A DNA stretch of 64,000 nt, taken from Trichoplax sp. H2 (taxonomy: Eukaryota). The translations under genes were made by a program, and so were the position numbers. This document shows positions 27,122 to 39,692 of the stretch, in pieces. The DNA is taken from assembly GCA_003344405.1 (NCBI GenBank), contig NOWV01000013.1:558001-622000 (forward strand), given 5' to 3'. Under the pieces are notes generated by a model, which had not been told where the DNA came from, ran no database searches, and saw nothing but the letters and a program-made list of their open reading frames with translations. Numbering within the stretch: the stretch's first letter is position 1; each line of letters starts with the position of its first letter.

Positions 27122-28511
27122 AAATAAAGAAAGTAAAAACTGTTGATTTAGCATGGTACGTTTTATTCAACTGTTATATAGCAAAGTGCTCTACACACTT
27201 AATATTAGACATTATTTGCAGTAGATTTAGTGACCGGGTGCCCTGATTTACTAATGATATGTAGTTAAAACGTTAGCAATGGCTGTGTCAATCGCCTAAC
27301 TAATGGTTAAAGCGTTTTGACGTAACAATACTGTATACAATAATATGCCTTATTCTATTCTAAAAACGTAGTTTTTATGCGAATTCAGAATTCTTGGTTA
27401 TAAAAATTCTTACCTTGACACCGTAATGCTCTGCACTAGTCATTCATTACTCATAGTAAACCCTTTAATAATACTGCTGATACATTCGTTTGTAGGTCTA
27501 TGATAGCTCTCTAGGTTTCGTATTTATATTATAACTCTTTCATTACTAATATTACTGTTCTTCTCATTTTTCAGAGGCCTGATACAATGGGTTACTTAAT
27601 ATATTAATTAAGGTGTTACTTTGTGTACAACCCCTTTTTGACTCTGTTAAATTGGCAGCCTAATATAACCTACTTCTTTACCTTGCTTATTTCAGTATAA
27701 TGTAATTAAGAAAATTGCTTTAAAAAAATAAAGTTATCTTTTACCTTTTATTGATTTACGACTCACGAATTAACAGTAATAAAACAAATAGTGATTAAAT
27801 GTCTTGATATCGTATTAGAAAAAATGAATACCTTGCGGCAGCTGGTATTGACTGTAGAGCAATTAGATTTAGATAATAATCGATCAGTATATCAACCAGC
27901 CAATATGGTAATGTCTATTTCCAACTTTTATCGCAGAGCATTAATCAATCATCTACCAGCCAAGATCTAAGGAATAGAATAAATTATTTTCCTGTATTGT
28001 AGAATCCACAATATCTTAGGCCCAATTGGACTGTATATTTTAATTCAGATATTGGGAAGCAATAGAATGGAATACGATACAAATATTCAAGTTAACCTAC
28101 TACATGGAAACCTAAAATGTCCGATACAAAACCGACTATAATATTCATAGTCAAACCGACAAATATACAATAAATAAATTTTAAAATCGAACTCAGTAGT
28201 TTAGTTAGCAAGGTGGCATAGAAAATCGTATTACTGTTATATTGTACATTACAATTAGATTATAAATCAAGTCAGTGTTTTATAGGAAGTGGTACAGGTG
28301 ACATTAATTTGTTAAAATTCGATTTTTAGACAGCAAATTATGCAATAATATACTGTACATTAGAGACAGATAAATTTCAAATCCAGTTAAAATGATTCTC
28401 ATTATAAAGTCCTATTAGCAAATAGTTAATTTCTGTGAATATTATTTTGTATAGTAGTATTTGATCATTTCTCGCTACGATTTTCAATTGATAAGCTTCG
28501 GATATTGGTGG

Positions 28512-30391
28512 CTAAGTTGCGGCGGAAGCTGAATCCTTCTGTAACAATAATTATATCGAAAGCATGTCAGAAATCTTCAAATATCTCTAATAAAGTTCGA
28601 TTTAGCTATTTATACATAAGCTGAAGCCTAGAGTGATAAGTATTACAATCAGCATTTCAATAAAGTAATAGATTCAATAGAGCGATATTAAAATTTTTAC
28701 TCTTACCCTTATTTTCGTATGTTGCTTCTTAATAAATTCTAGTTCCTTCCTTAACATTTCCGCCATTCGCGGCATTTTATTTAAATACGTTCTCATCTAC
28801 AATGCATTCATAATGAAAAGATGGCATTATAGATTGATTATAATTGTTATTTCTATATGCAGTAGTATCATCATACAAATGCGTATAATATCGATATCAT
28901 ATAAAATCGATGAAAAGAAATTTAAGTAGAATATCAGCATTATATTAATTCACCTAAAATTATCCTGATATGAGTAAAGTGTCGATTACAGCTTTTATGA
29001 TATTTAAACATCAGCGTGAAATGCTGCTATCGAAAGTTATAACAACCTCTATCACTTCAGATCAAATATTAAGGTTAAATGTTGGAATTGTCATTAATAA
29101 CTTTGAAATAGGCACTCAATTTATTTGTTAGAAATAACTCGTCCTGTATCTAATTAAATTTCGTTTTAAACGCAATATGACATAATAAATAGAAAAATTA
29201 TAGTATTACTTTAAACAGAATGATGATGAATGTACTGTAGGTGGTATTATTAAGGAAAATATTATAGCAGTTTTGAAGTAGAGCTTCACGTTGTATTTAC
29301 TTAGTATAGAAATACTATAAATCTATTTCCGTTCTCATATTTGATTAAAGATGGCAGTCTATGGATATATCGTATACGAAAAATTGCACTGCGATGTAAA
29401 TTATGTAAGAATTAGGGCAATAACAAAAATTCTACATGCATTGATGTTGGCATCAATCTATCTTTACCTCTTCCTCGTCATCGAATTCGATGCCATCGGC
29501 GACAAAGTTATTTAGACATTTTGATTTACCTTGTATCCTAACCATACTACGATCAAGTAGGTGATTATTATGCTCTATTTCTTGTAGCATGTGAAAAAGG
29601 TTATCACAGTCGAAGGCCTGTGCTAATAACTGGCTATTGAACATCATCTTTTTAGCTTTGGATTGTTCCCAAGTCGTATCGCGCCGATACTTTCGGCTAC
29701 ATGATGTTTGCCTTATTTTCGAAAAATAACTGTCTTCACCGATCATTCGATTAATAATGGATTTATCGTGCTTCTTTTTCTGACTTTCAGATTTATCATC
29801 TAGCATGTGGATAGAGTAACGTTCTTGCGCCAATCCGTTGATATTTTTATGTAGTCTACCCATTTTAGTTTCGTAATCTTTATTATTTTTAACCTTGGTA
29901 TGTTTACAATTAGTATTTCTGCTGTCTAGACTTTCGTCACGAATTCGGGTGTGAACTGTAGAGTTATTACTAGGTCGAAAATAGATTTTATTAACTGATT
30001 TACATAGCTCTTGGATACTGGGAACGTTCTTTTCACGAAAATTTTCCGTATTTAAATGGGCCGAAAGTCGACGTAAATGGTTATTCGATGATTTATATCC
30101 ATGATATTTACCCCATGTTATATTATTACCACTTACAGTTAAATTGCCATCTTTTCTATCGAGATTAGAAGAATATAGATCAAGATTGATGCTCTGCCCA
30201 ATTTCAATTCCAACTACAGGATAATTAGCAATCCCATTTTGAGTTATAGTATTATCGTTATTTCCAATCAGTTTAACATCACTAGTTGTAGCATCACCGT
30301 TATTTCCATTCAATTTAACACCATTATTCCTAATTTTTGGTTCAGGAAAGGTAGCTTGGATGATTTCACGGATAACGCTTTCCTCCGCCAT
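28512..30391 (-). CDS. Uncharacterised protein, about 346 aa, 3 exons; Asn/Lys-rich N-terminal region and helical-looking C-terminus
   Basis: The 312-aa ORF has a GT donor at 29467 (exon 30391-29468). In-phase exons follow at 28796-28707 (MRTYLNKMPRMAEMLRKELEFIKKQHTKIR) and 28538-28512 (KDSASAAT*). No family recognised. Confidence 0.7.
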
Positions 30392-33300
30392 TTTAAGTTA
30401 TTTCTTCTCGGGAAACATATTATCGTCCTTGTTTGGAATCGGTTGTAGTTGATTTTGCATGCAATGATTATAGAATTAGTTGATAATGACTTACTTGCCA
30501 TTCAAGAGGCGAAAAAATTGATCAACTTTAATAATCGTATTTCAGTAATTTGAGAAAGTAACATAGATAATACAGACAACTTCAAACTTTCCCATGATAA
30601 GTGATAACAATTTTTGTATCTAAACTACGAGCATCTACCTTGAACCTTTACAGTGGCGTCATATTAAATGACCTTGCAAATATAAAGCACACTGTTCAGA
30701 TCTCAGAATTGTCCACAAAGATGCTCTCCATATGGTTGAACAATGAAACAGTTTGTGAAACATGACATTGATTGGTATTTAAATTTAAAATGAATAATAA
30801 TGGAATAAATTAATAATCGAAATTTTAATACAGTAGACATTCATCAATACTAAGTATAAGTTATAGCAATTATAATGATTATTGTACAATATTGTAAGCA
30901 GATTACTGGTGCAATATTTATTATCACCTGGTAATTAATTATTTACGAACCATAAGCGCTCGTTAAAGTGATGCAAAATGAGCAACGGGAATAGTGCTAA
31001 GGAAATAAGTAATTAATATTTAATGAGCAGACTAACTGCCCTAACATAAACGTTAGACTTCCAACGAACGACATGATATTAAACAAGATCTTTACTAGCA
31101 AACTTTATCAGTAGAATAGACAGCTCTATCTACCGTGGTTACTATAATTTATTCAGTCTAATATATTATGACTACAGACTAGGCCTTATGATGATCGAAA
31201 GTAATAATGAAATCCTAACAGTAGTAATTAGTTTGTATAATATATTAGAAGTAGAAGTATACTTGTGATTGATATACCTGTAGACATTATATTTGTTGGT
31301 TAATATTTATGGTTTTTGTATAGTTGGAAGGCAGATCAATAAGATTTTATGAATAGCGTTGGCAAATTCTACCCTATTGCATGAATTAAAGAAAGAATAA
31401 AAGATAGGTCAAGTACTACCAATAGCTACAACACGACGCCATTACAAGTTAATTTGTGCTTAAAACAATTGAACAATCAAATAGACTCGAGGGTAAATAA
31501 AATCTAGCGCTTGGTACGTACATCAACTAAAAAGAGTAATCGAATAAATCGTTTCGTAATAATAGGCTATCGCATTGGAGGGCGAGATCATTAAATAGTA
31601 CAGTAAATAAAGATATGTAAAAGCAACCATAGGACGTCATAAATTAGCCTTAAAGTAATCAAGTACGAGTACACTAATATTCAGTTATTGCGAGATTGTT
31701 TTGCAGCTTGTGTAATCAAATGATGAAGTTTATGGATGGATAAATAAAATCAAATGGTTGGCAATTCAAGATAATAAAGGCTTACAAAATAATTTACATG
31801 TATCAGCAAGACAGCCTTATTTATTCATGTAATGTATCACCACAAAATACTCCTGTATACAGTTTAATCAATCAGAACTGAGGTTGCAATAAAAATCAAT
31901 CGTTGTGCTGGCAATGCAAATGCTATTTCAATAAGGGAATACTAAAATAGATCAAGTCTTGACATTACTCATTTTATAGTTTCAGTTATCTTATGCTTTC
32001 CGCAGTTAGATGATGAAAAGGATAAGTAAACAAATAAATTCTACTAGAGATAATAATTAACTACTCGTATTGATCATATATATAATTATTATATGCTTTT
32101 TACTGTTTAATGTTTTAAAATATTGATATAATAAATTAAATTTCAAAGTTGGCTAATTAATTTATCGATTAGCATAGTTTACAACAAGGCTAAGTTTGAT
32201 AGTTTTCTTTTAAATACGCCATTAGTCTTTTCTTCTACCTGTTGGCTAACATTTATAGGCAGCGGTGTGATCCGAATGTAATTTGTATTAAAAATTTACA
32301 AAAATAGGCGTACACTCATAACGTTGTCTAGCTTGTAATCGTAATCCTCATGGGAATCATAGGAGCTTATTTCTTCGGTCAGCTACAGAGTCAAAGTGCT
32401 GCTAAAAACGGCCGAGAACATAAATTGGGAAGGTAAGGGTTTCATGGCCTTCTAATATTACTGTATGGGAAATTTTAAAGCGATGACCGAAAGATGAATA
32501 CTAAACGAAATTACGATCATTTATTGTATTCGGTAACTTACACATAGTGTAGTATACACCAGTACAGTCTATTACTATGAGAATACAGTAGTATGATACT
32601 GTACCAATCTGTAATATTGACATAAATGTACTACGGATGTAATTAATTGACAGCTTTTATTTCCTATAATTGATAGTTTTAATCTATCTTTTATATCTCG
32701 AAAGAGACTATAAAGTTTAACCATCTAACTTGCAAGCAGTTCCATCCTTCTTACTATATAAGCGATAGAAGCCATAACTTAAGTCGAAGGACCAATATTA
32801 ATTAAGCAACATTTTGTAAAATAGAACATTTCCAATACGCAAAATAACTACATCTTTAAAACTACATTTACTGTGCTGATAGTGCCTCTCGATCCGAGAA
32901 ACAAATCACTTACAAAGACATTGCCTAAAATTCTATCATTACACTGGTTAATCATCAGTAAGCATAGGCTAACGAAAAAAATACTAGTTTGCGATTGTTT
33001 ATAATAAAGTGAAAATTCTTGCAGTTAATTAATTAATTTGCAACCGTAGCAAAAATGTTCGAACTCTTATACGTAGTGGATTGCATCATTTGTTTGAGTA
33101 AATTTTCTTACAAGGTGAAATATTATAATACTCTCATAAAATAAAGGTCAAAATTTGTAGTCGTCGTGTAGGAAATGTAATTGATGACAATTTGTAATTT
33201 TGTTTATAATATTACTGTAATCATCAGATATATTCCAAGGTATAATAACTGCATTGCATCAAATAATAATGATAGACAGGTGAATGCAATCTGTACATAT

Positions 33301-33533
33301 ATAACTGAAAAAATTAGTCGAAGCAGCAAGATTATCTAATTCTCTAATAGTAATGTGTGAATAATTACAGAGATGATAAGTAGATAGAAACTTAGGGTCG
33401 GTTAATTGAACTATTAAAATCATATTATAACTTGTATTATACATTAGAGCCTATATCCAAATTATATTAGATTTTTCATAAAGGTTGCGCATGAATGTAA
33501 ATCTTATAAAGACCTTAATATAAATTTTTAAAA

Positions 33534-35231
33534 CTATAGTATATCATTGATCTGCCGCTGTACACGTCTTCTAGCCTGCTCTTCTAATTTTCTTCTTCTG
33601 ATCCAAACAGTTGCCCAAGATGGTAGTGCTACTATTAACATGAAAACCTATATAAAAGTAGAGTTTTAAATATTATTTTCTCAACCCATTCAATATACGC
33701 CAATATTGATTAATATTAGTAAAGAGTTTGAATAAATTCTAACGTCAATACAGTTTATGTGAAGATAACGTTAATGAATAACAGCCAGCTATTATCAAGC
33801 AATCTATTAGAAAACATGTCATAGGAGCATAGTATCTTAGATCATACCTGAAATATCCAGTAATTGCGTTCCGCTATCCAAGGAACCATCAAACAGCTAT
33901 GTAGAGTATAATATTATCATTAGTATAGCATATTAGCAAATAATAATAATCATAATATCAGTGCTCAAGCATAATAATATCGATGTAAGAAAAATAATAT
34001 AATATCATAATTACTACAGTAAAGAAGACATTTTTAATATCGATATTATAACTCGCTAATATATATTCTATACGTTGATGTAACATTGATAGAAAATTTT
34101 ATACCTTTTATAGAACTTTTGCCTGCTTTTCCGACACTTGACGAGTTGCTTATTACCGTTTTCTGCACAAGCACGGATTGCTCGACTTTTCTGCATAGGC
34201 AAAATAGAAAATTAATTAAAAACTACTACTATAACATATTTCACTTTGCCACAGCGAATAGGAAGAGATGACATTGAAGTTATCTAAGTTAGTGCACTTT
34301 AGTAGGATAATCATTGATGTATTATCATACGATAGCACTCCAAAAAAATTGTAAAATACTTAAATGATGGAAAGGGATAATGTTAATCAAAGCAGACAAC
34401 AGAACTAAAATGTATTACGTGTGTTTTTATCGCTTTTCTCTGAAATATTTTATTAAAATCTGGATTTCTTCATTCATAGTATACGTACATTTGTACAGCA
34501 TACTTACTTTGTCAAAGGCAGAACAAGGCAGGCATTCTCCAACTTCAATGATCTCGCCACACTGATTTGTTGTCGTGTTTGATGCTGACAAAAAAGATTT
34601 AAAATGGTATTTGTAATAAGCAGACAAAATTTTTGATGAACCATTACTAATTAATCAGCCTTATAAGCATACAATTAAATTAACCGAGTTTTTACGCTAG
34701 TTCGACCATTCTATATTCCGCTACATATCAACGATGAATGTAATATCTATACTATATTACGGTAAGCGAGTGAAGTACGAAAAATTGATTGACTTTTTTA
34801 TTGAACGACTTATTTGTATCAAGTTCGATAGTTTTTGCTAATATATAATTTATAGTGCTAATAGAAATGTTGACAGTGTTCATTTTAAGCTTATAAAGTG
34901 TTGTAGTCAGTTTTGTTTATTGCTAGAGTGAACGCTTATCGTTATTCTGTACTTGTTGAGAAACAAAAACGCCACAGATACTGTAAACACATATTACGAT
35001 ATCGTTAGACAGAATTGATCGCGATATTCAGTTTCATTTGAAGATGCATACTAAGAACTACTGTTGTACAAATTCATTCGGTGTATCCAGCTATAGTATA
35101 AACAATTTAATATACTATCAGTGTAGTACAAATATGTTACTTTCTTTTGAATAAGTTATTTTTCCTTTACCTGTACTTTTCATCACTGTGCCTTCGTTCT
35201 TTCTGCTCGCATATAAGGATTCAAGACATAT
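33534..35231 (-). CDS. JTB: Jumping translocation breakpoint protein homolog; 5' end unresolved
   Basis: Exons 34587-34508 (NQCGEIIEVGECLPCSAFDK), 34190-34105 (ACAENGNKQLVKCRKSRQKFYK), 33896-33848 (CLMVPWIAERNYWIFQ) and 33647-33534 (TM segment plus RRRKLEEQARRRVQRQINDIL*). The six-Cys spacing, W-x-F-[EQ] motif and basic tail match JTB. Confidence 0.85.
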
Positions 35232-36314
35232 TCTAAAATAGTCAATACATGGTCATTAATAAAATAAATTTAAAAGTGATTGATTGTTTTAATATAATAC
35301 TCTGTGTTCATGTCCGTATAGTAAGTCGACTTCTACCCCAATTATATAGTTCAATAATATATAAGTATCGTACATTTAATATGAACATGAATCAAGCATC
35401 ATCCTATTCCATGAACTCAGGAGAAAATGTTGTGGTAGAAAAAGCGCAATATTGTAGGCAGTTCATTTACAACAATATGATATTGACTTATGTTATATAA
35501 GCTACATAGAATGCTATAGCAAAGGTTCCATCGTACAAGGCAGAAGACTATACTATTTTTGTATGAACTCTCGATCAGCATTCTTACGGATTATCCTGAT
35601 AAACTACTGGAAGAGAGATGGTATTTGTACTGTATGAATAGAGTAGAGTAGAGTTTATTCACCTAGAAAGATTGCAGCTTAGAATTCTACGCAAATAACT
35701 TGCATTATCCAAAACTTCATTTTGGTTTTTAATCAGTTTTATATTACTCCTGATATCGTAATAAGATCGCAAGCAAGAATAACTATTCTTTCTGAATGAG
35801 ATTGGGATAGAATGATTGCATTTCTATTCTATCATCGCATTGGACTGCATGTCTAATGTGGGGGTAGAAATAATACAGTACTGTACTCCACTCAAATGCA
35901 CATTTTTCCTTGTTTAATATGTCCTATTGGAGGTTATTTTTATGGACTATACTAGCACAGTTCTATCAATCACTAAATAGACAACTATTCTCTTCATCTT
36001 AAAGTCCAACTATACGACTTACTGAATGACGATTAATAAAATAACAATAATAATCAATTTGATTAAATGTGGTTGAGCCATGGTTTATCTTGCTGGTATG
36101 GCCTCTGATATAACCGATGATGGCAATAATTGAACAATTTCTAGAGATGATAAGGTGTCATTGGATGTCAGTCATGTTTCCAATTTCATTTTTCATCTTT
36201 CCTTTCCTTGGAAGGAGCAATTTGGATTGGATTTTCCAATGTAGTTCACCAGATTTGCTTCAAACTCTTAAAATGCTGCGATTTGGAAAAATCTGTTCCA
36301 GTTCAGTTACTTCA

Positions 36315-37020
36315 GTACGGTACGGTACAGTATTCAATTGTACGGTACTGTACTGCTGCACCGTGACGTCATCAATCGCCGCGTAACTACGCACTCTCTT
36401 TCCGTCATTCCCATACAGTGTACAGTATAGTGTACACTGTACAGTACTGTACACTGTACTACAGTACAGTACCGTGTCCTGTGTAAATTGATTTTTTTCC
36501 ATTTTTGATGAGGACATTTTAATTTTTAAATATTTAAACTATCAAATGATACCAAACTGGACAGCTAAAATTTGAAAATTATAATTTCTTATGATTTCAA
36601 TCGTCGCGAAAGACTTGTGAGACACTTTGTACAGTATACATCCTGTAGTCTACAGTACAACACTGTGCTGTAGACGTGTTGTACTGTACTGTACTGTACT
36701 GTAGGTCTTGCGGCCACAGAAAGTGCAAAAATGAAAATGCAAAATCTTAGTCTAAAGGCTGTTAAAACCTGAAAAGTGTGTATTGTAGAGTAGAGTGTAT
36801 TGTACTGTATTGTACGGTACTGTACCGTACTGTACTCGATATTTTAAGTTTTGACGCTATTACGTCATCAAATCAATGAGTCACAATGGCTTAATCGTTG
36901 GAGACTGACGTGTACATGAGTCATGCTACCGAGCTGTACAGTGTACAGTACAGTACAGCCGTCTATACTGTACAGTACTGTACAGTGTACAGTATTATAC
37001 TGTAAGTGTAGTACTGTACA
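36315..37020. repeat. Dispersed TACAG/CTGTA microsatellite field with TACAGTACTGTA palindromes
   Basis: Dense runs at about 36315-36355, 36414-36472, 36680-36703, 36798-36836 and 36935-37020. Confidence 0.85.
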
Positions 37021-37612
37021 GCATATCTTCATTTGTACTTTTTTACTAACGTATCCTAGTCCCCCAAAATAACATAAGTATAATACGTGATAGGTCACTA
37101 CATACTGTACAGTATACAGTATACTGTATATCTTCATTTGTACTTATTTACTACTTTTTTACTTAATACGTGTATAGGTCACTACATATACAGTATACAT
37201 CTTCATTTGTTCTTTTTTACTAACGTATCCTAGTCCCCCCAAAATAACATATCTACTACTGTAGCCGTCTATATAGTGATAGGTCACTACATATATATAT
37301 CTTCATTTGTACTTTTTTACTACTTTTTTACTTAATACGTGTATAGGTCACTACATATATATATATCTTCATTTGTACTTTTTTACTATAGTATCCCGGT
37401 CCCCCAAAAATAACATATCTACTACTGTAATCGTCTATACTGTACAGTATTATAAGTGTATAGGTCACTACATATACATATCTTCATTTGTACTCTTTTA
37501 CTAACGTATCCCAGTCCCCCCCCCCAAAAAAAATAACATAGCTACTACTGTAGCCGTCTATACTGTACAGTATTATAAGTGTATAGGTCACTACATACTG
37601 TATATATTTCAT
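36958..37612. repeat. Complex tandem repeat with six units of two alternating types (long A, short B: A-B-A-B-A-A)
   Basis: 'atcttcatttgt(a)ctt..ttacta' starts at about 37025, 37130, 37199, 37299, 37365 and 37480. A units carry 'gtatcc.agtcccccaaaataacata'. Every unit ends 'ataggtcactacata'. Confidence 0.9.
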
Positions 37613-38498
37613 GAATCAGTTAATTAATTAATTAATATAGATATAATATTAGCGTATAAAGGCGATTACTTATTTTTGACCAATAATAAAAATATTGCAG
37701 TTCAATTTTAGGATAGGGAGTTTCGGTATGCACCATGCAGACATACTGATACTAATGCGAAAATCTTCATATTTTTGTTACAATCGAATCATAATGGATA
37801 TCAATTCATAAAAAGACAAAGTATTAAAAGGATTATATATTAAAAATGTTAAAAGTGAAACAATTCTAGATAGGATTTAGACATTTTTGTTTGCTATTAC
37901 GCGTATGCGATAGGACACCTCATAACTTGTTTCATTTCTAGCTCATTCTTCGGTAACTATGAGTAGATTTTAACTAAAATGAGAGCATTTCCACTGCTAA
38001 TGAAAAGGTTTGCCTTGATCGTTTTTCTTTACCCAATTTCGGACTTAGATTTGTACCAACCATTGGTAATAACGTTTAGAAGGAGAATCGATATCGATTT
38101 GGGGTAGTTACAGTTGTCCACATGTTCTAAGAGCAGATAATCATACTCGTATCCTTCATAATTACATCATAATACCATGCATAGATTGTACTTGAACACA
38201 TCTTTATTAATTCTTACTTTTATCATGATTTATATCATTTCTGCACCTATATCTACTTTAGACACATTTGATCCGTGAGTTCATTAAAATCCGACTCTTT
38301 TATCCCTTGCCAGGATACTGTAATAGTCAAAAGATAACTGTAATAATGTAGAATATTTGATAGCTTTCAAATTTAAAGAATAAATTTATACAAATAACTT
38401 ATCATAGGATACCTTTCGAGACTGATTGCAATTTTTGTCTAAAATTATTGATTTGATACGATAGTATTGAGTAATTACAAAGCTCGCATTTGTAATAA

Positions 38499-39692
38499 TT
38501 ATGATTCGTTACTTAATTTAACAGCATTTAAAGCCAGTTTATGTAAGGCCGTTTGCATTGAACGAGATACAACACCATGCTCTGCCAGCGTAGCATTAAT
38601 TTCCGATATAGTAAATCGATTCCTTCGGCGTGATCTTAAGTGTAAATGAAATCGTGGATTATGTCTTGGCTTTATATTGATCACTCTAGCCAAAACTCCG
38701 ATATAAACGTCATCAATCCCTGGTAATTGAGGTGTACATTTCATAGCCTCGACCATGGCTGTCAAGACCATTTCCGACATAACATAGGCGAAGCCTGAAC
38801 AGTAAGGCGGAAATAGCTTACCTGGAAAATCACGAAATGATACATAATATTTGTCATCAGGATCTCGAATTGGAATTCTGTTCTTACGACTAACATATCC
38901 CAGCCATAATCGATCATTATATGGCAATACTTTTTTATAACGTCTTCTTAAGTATTGCAACATTTGCCATTTATTAATCCAGACATCATCGTCGACTTTT
39001 AAATAATACTTGGGTTTACAGTATCTTTCAGCCCAAAACATCCCTAGTGCAGTCTTTTTGGTCAAGTTACGATGATCATCTATTATTTTGGCCAAGATAA
39101 TATCTCGATGGATTTTGTACTCTTGTTCAATCGCTTGAGTTGGTGGCTCATTGTCATCGTTCATACCAAGTATAAACACAATCTTCCACAATCTGTTTGA
39201 GGTACAGTTAATTTCACTATCTTGATTACCCCAAGTTTTTCGAATGGCTTCACGTCGAATAGTATTATTAACATGACTGTTAATAACTATTAAAACAAAG
39301 ACTTTTCCTCTACAAGGTTCAATACTAAATTGAGTATGAAATAATAATTGTTGTTGTAAATCAAGGGGTTGTTTCATGAATCGGACATTTTTCTTTATAA
39401 TTCCTTCTGCGATAGACATACGATATCCGTTGTTAATAGTAATCTGTGCAATATGTCTTCGACATGACTTTATACTCTTAGAAGTTCCATTTTGATATAA
39501 TAAATGCCTATCTTTGTAGTACATAAAATTTGGCTTGTCGTGCAATAATTTAACGTTACCGGAAAGTGTATAATCTTGAAAAGCAATTAGGGAACATGAT
39601 AGAACTATAACCGTTAGTATAAGAACATGGATATACCTTAGAAGATTTAAACTACAAAATGTGATCAGTAAGAATTTTAAGAGCTTCTTCAT
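38499..39692 (-). CDS. Beta-1,3-galactosyltransferase / GT31 family glycosyltransferase, type II membrane protein, single coding exon
   Basis: 397-aa ORF with an N-terminal TM segment and GT31 motifs RREAIRKTWG, IVFILG, DDHRNLTKKT, YLKVDDDVWIN, PPYCSGFAYVMS and DDVYIG. Confidence 0.93.
   Translation of the reverse strand: MKKLLKFLLITFCSLNLLRYIHVLILTVIVLSCSLIAFQDYTLSGNVKLLHDKPNFMYYKDRHLLYQNGTSKSIKSCRRHIAQITINNGYRMSIAEGIIKKNVRFMKQPLDLQQQLLFHTQFSIEPCRGKVFVLIVINSHVNNTIRREAIRKTWGNQDSEINCTSNRLWKIVFILGMNDDNEPPTQAIEQEYKIHRDIILAKIIDDHRNLTKKTALGMFWAERYCKPKYYLKVDDDVWINKWQMLQYLRRRYKKVLPYNDRLWLGYVSRKNRIPIRDPDDKYYVSFRDFPGKLFPPYCSGFAYVMSEMVLTAMVEAMKCTPQLPGIDDVYIGVLARVINIKPRHNPRFHLHLRSRRRNRFTISEINATLAEHGVVSRSMQTALHKLALNAVKLSNES

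Noticed and set aside
36958-37612. CRISPR-like appearance of the repeat arrays (also 47005-48170)
   Set aside because: The intervening sequences are homologous to one another rather than unique spacers, the context is eukaryotic, and there are no cas genes.
37910-37965. Weak similarity to 32305-32390 (ctcataac...agct.att.cttcggt)
   Set aside because: Too short and gapped to distinguish from chance in AT-rich DNA.
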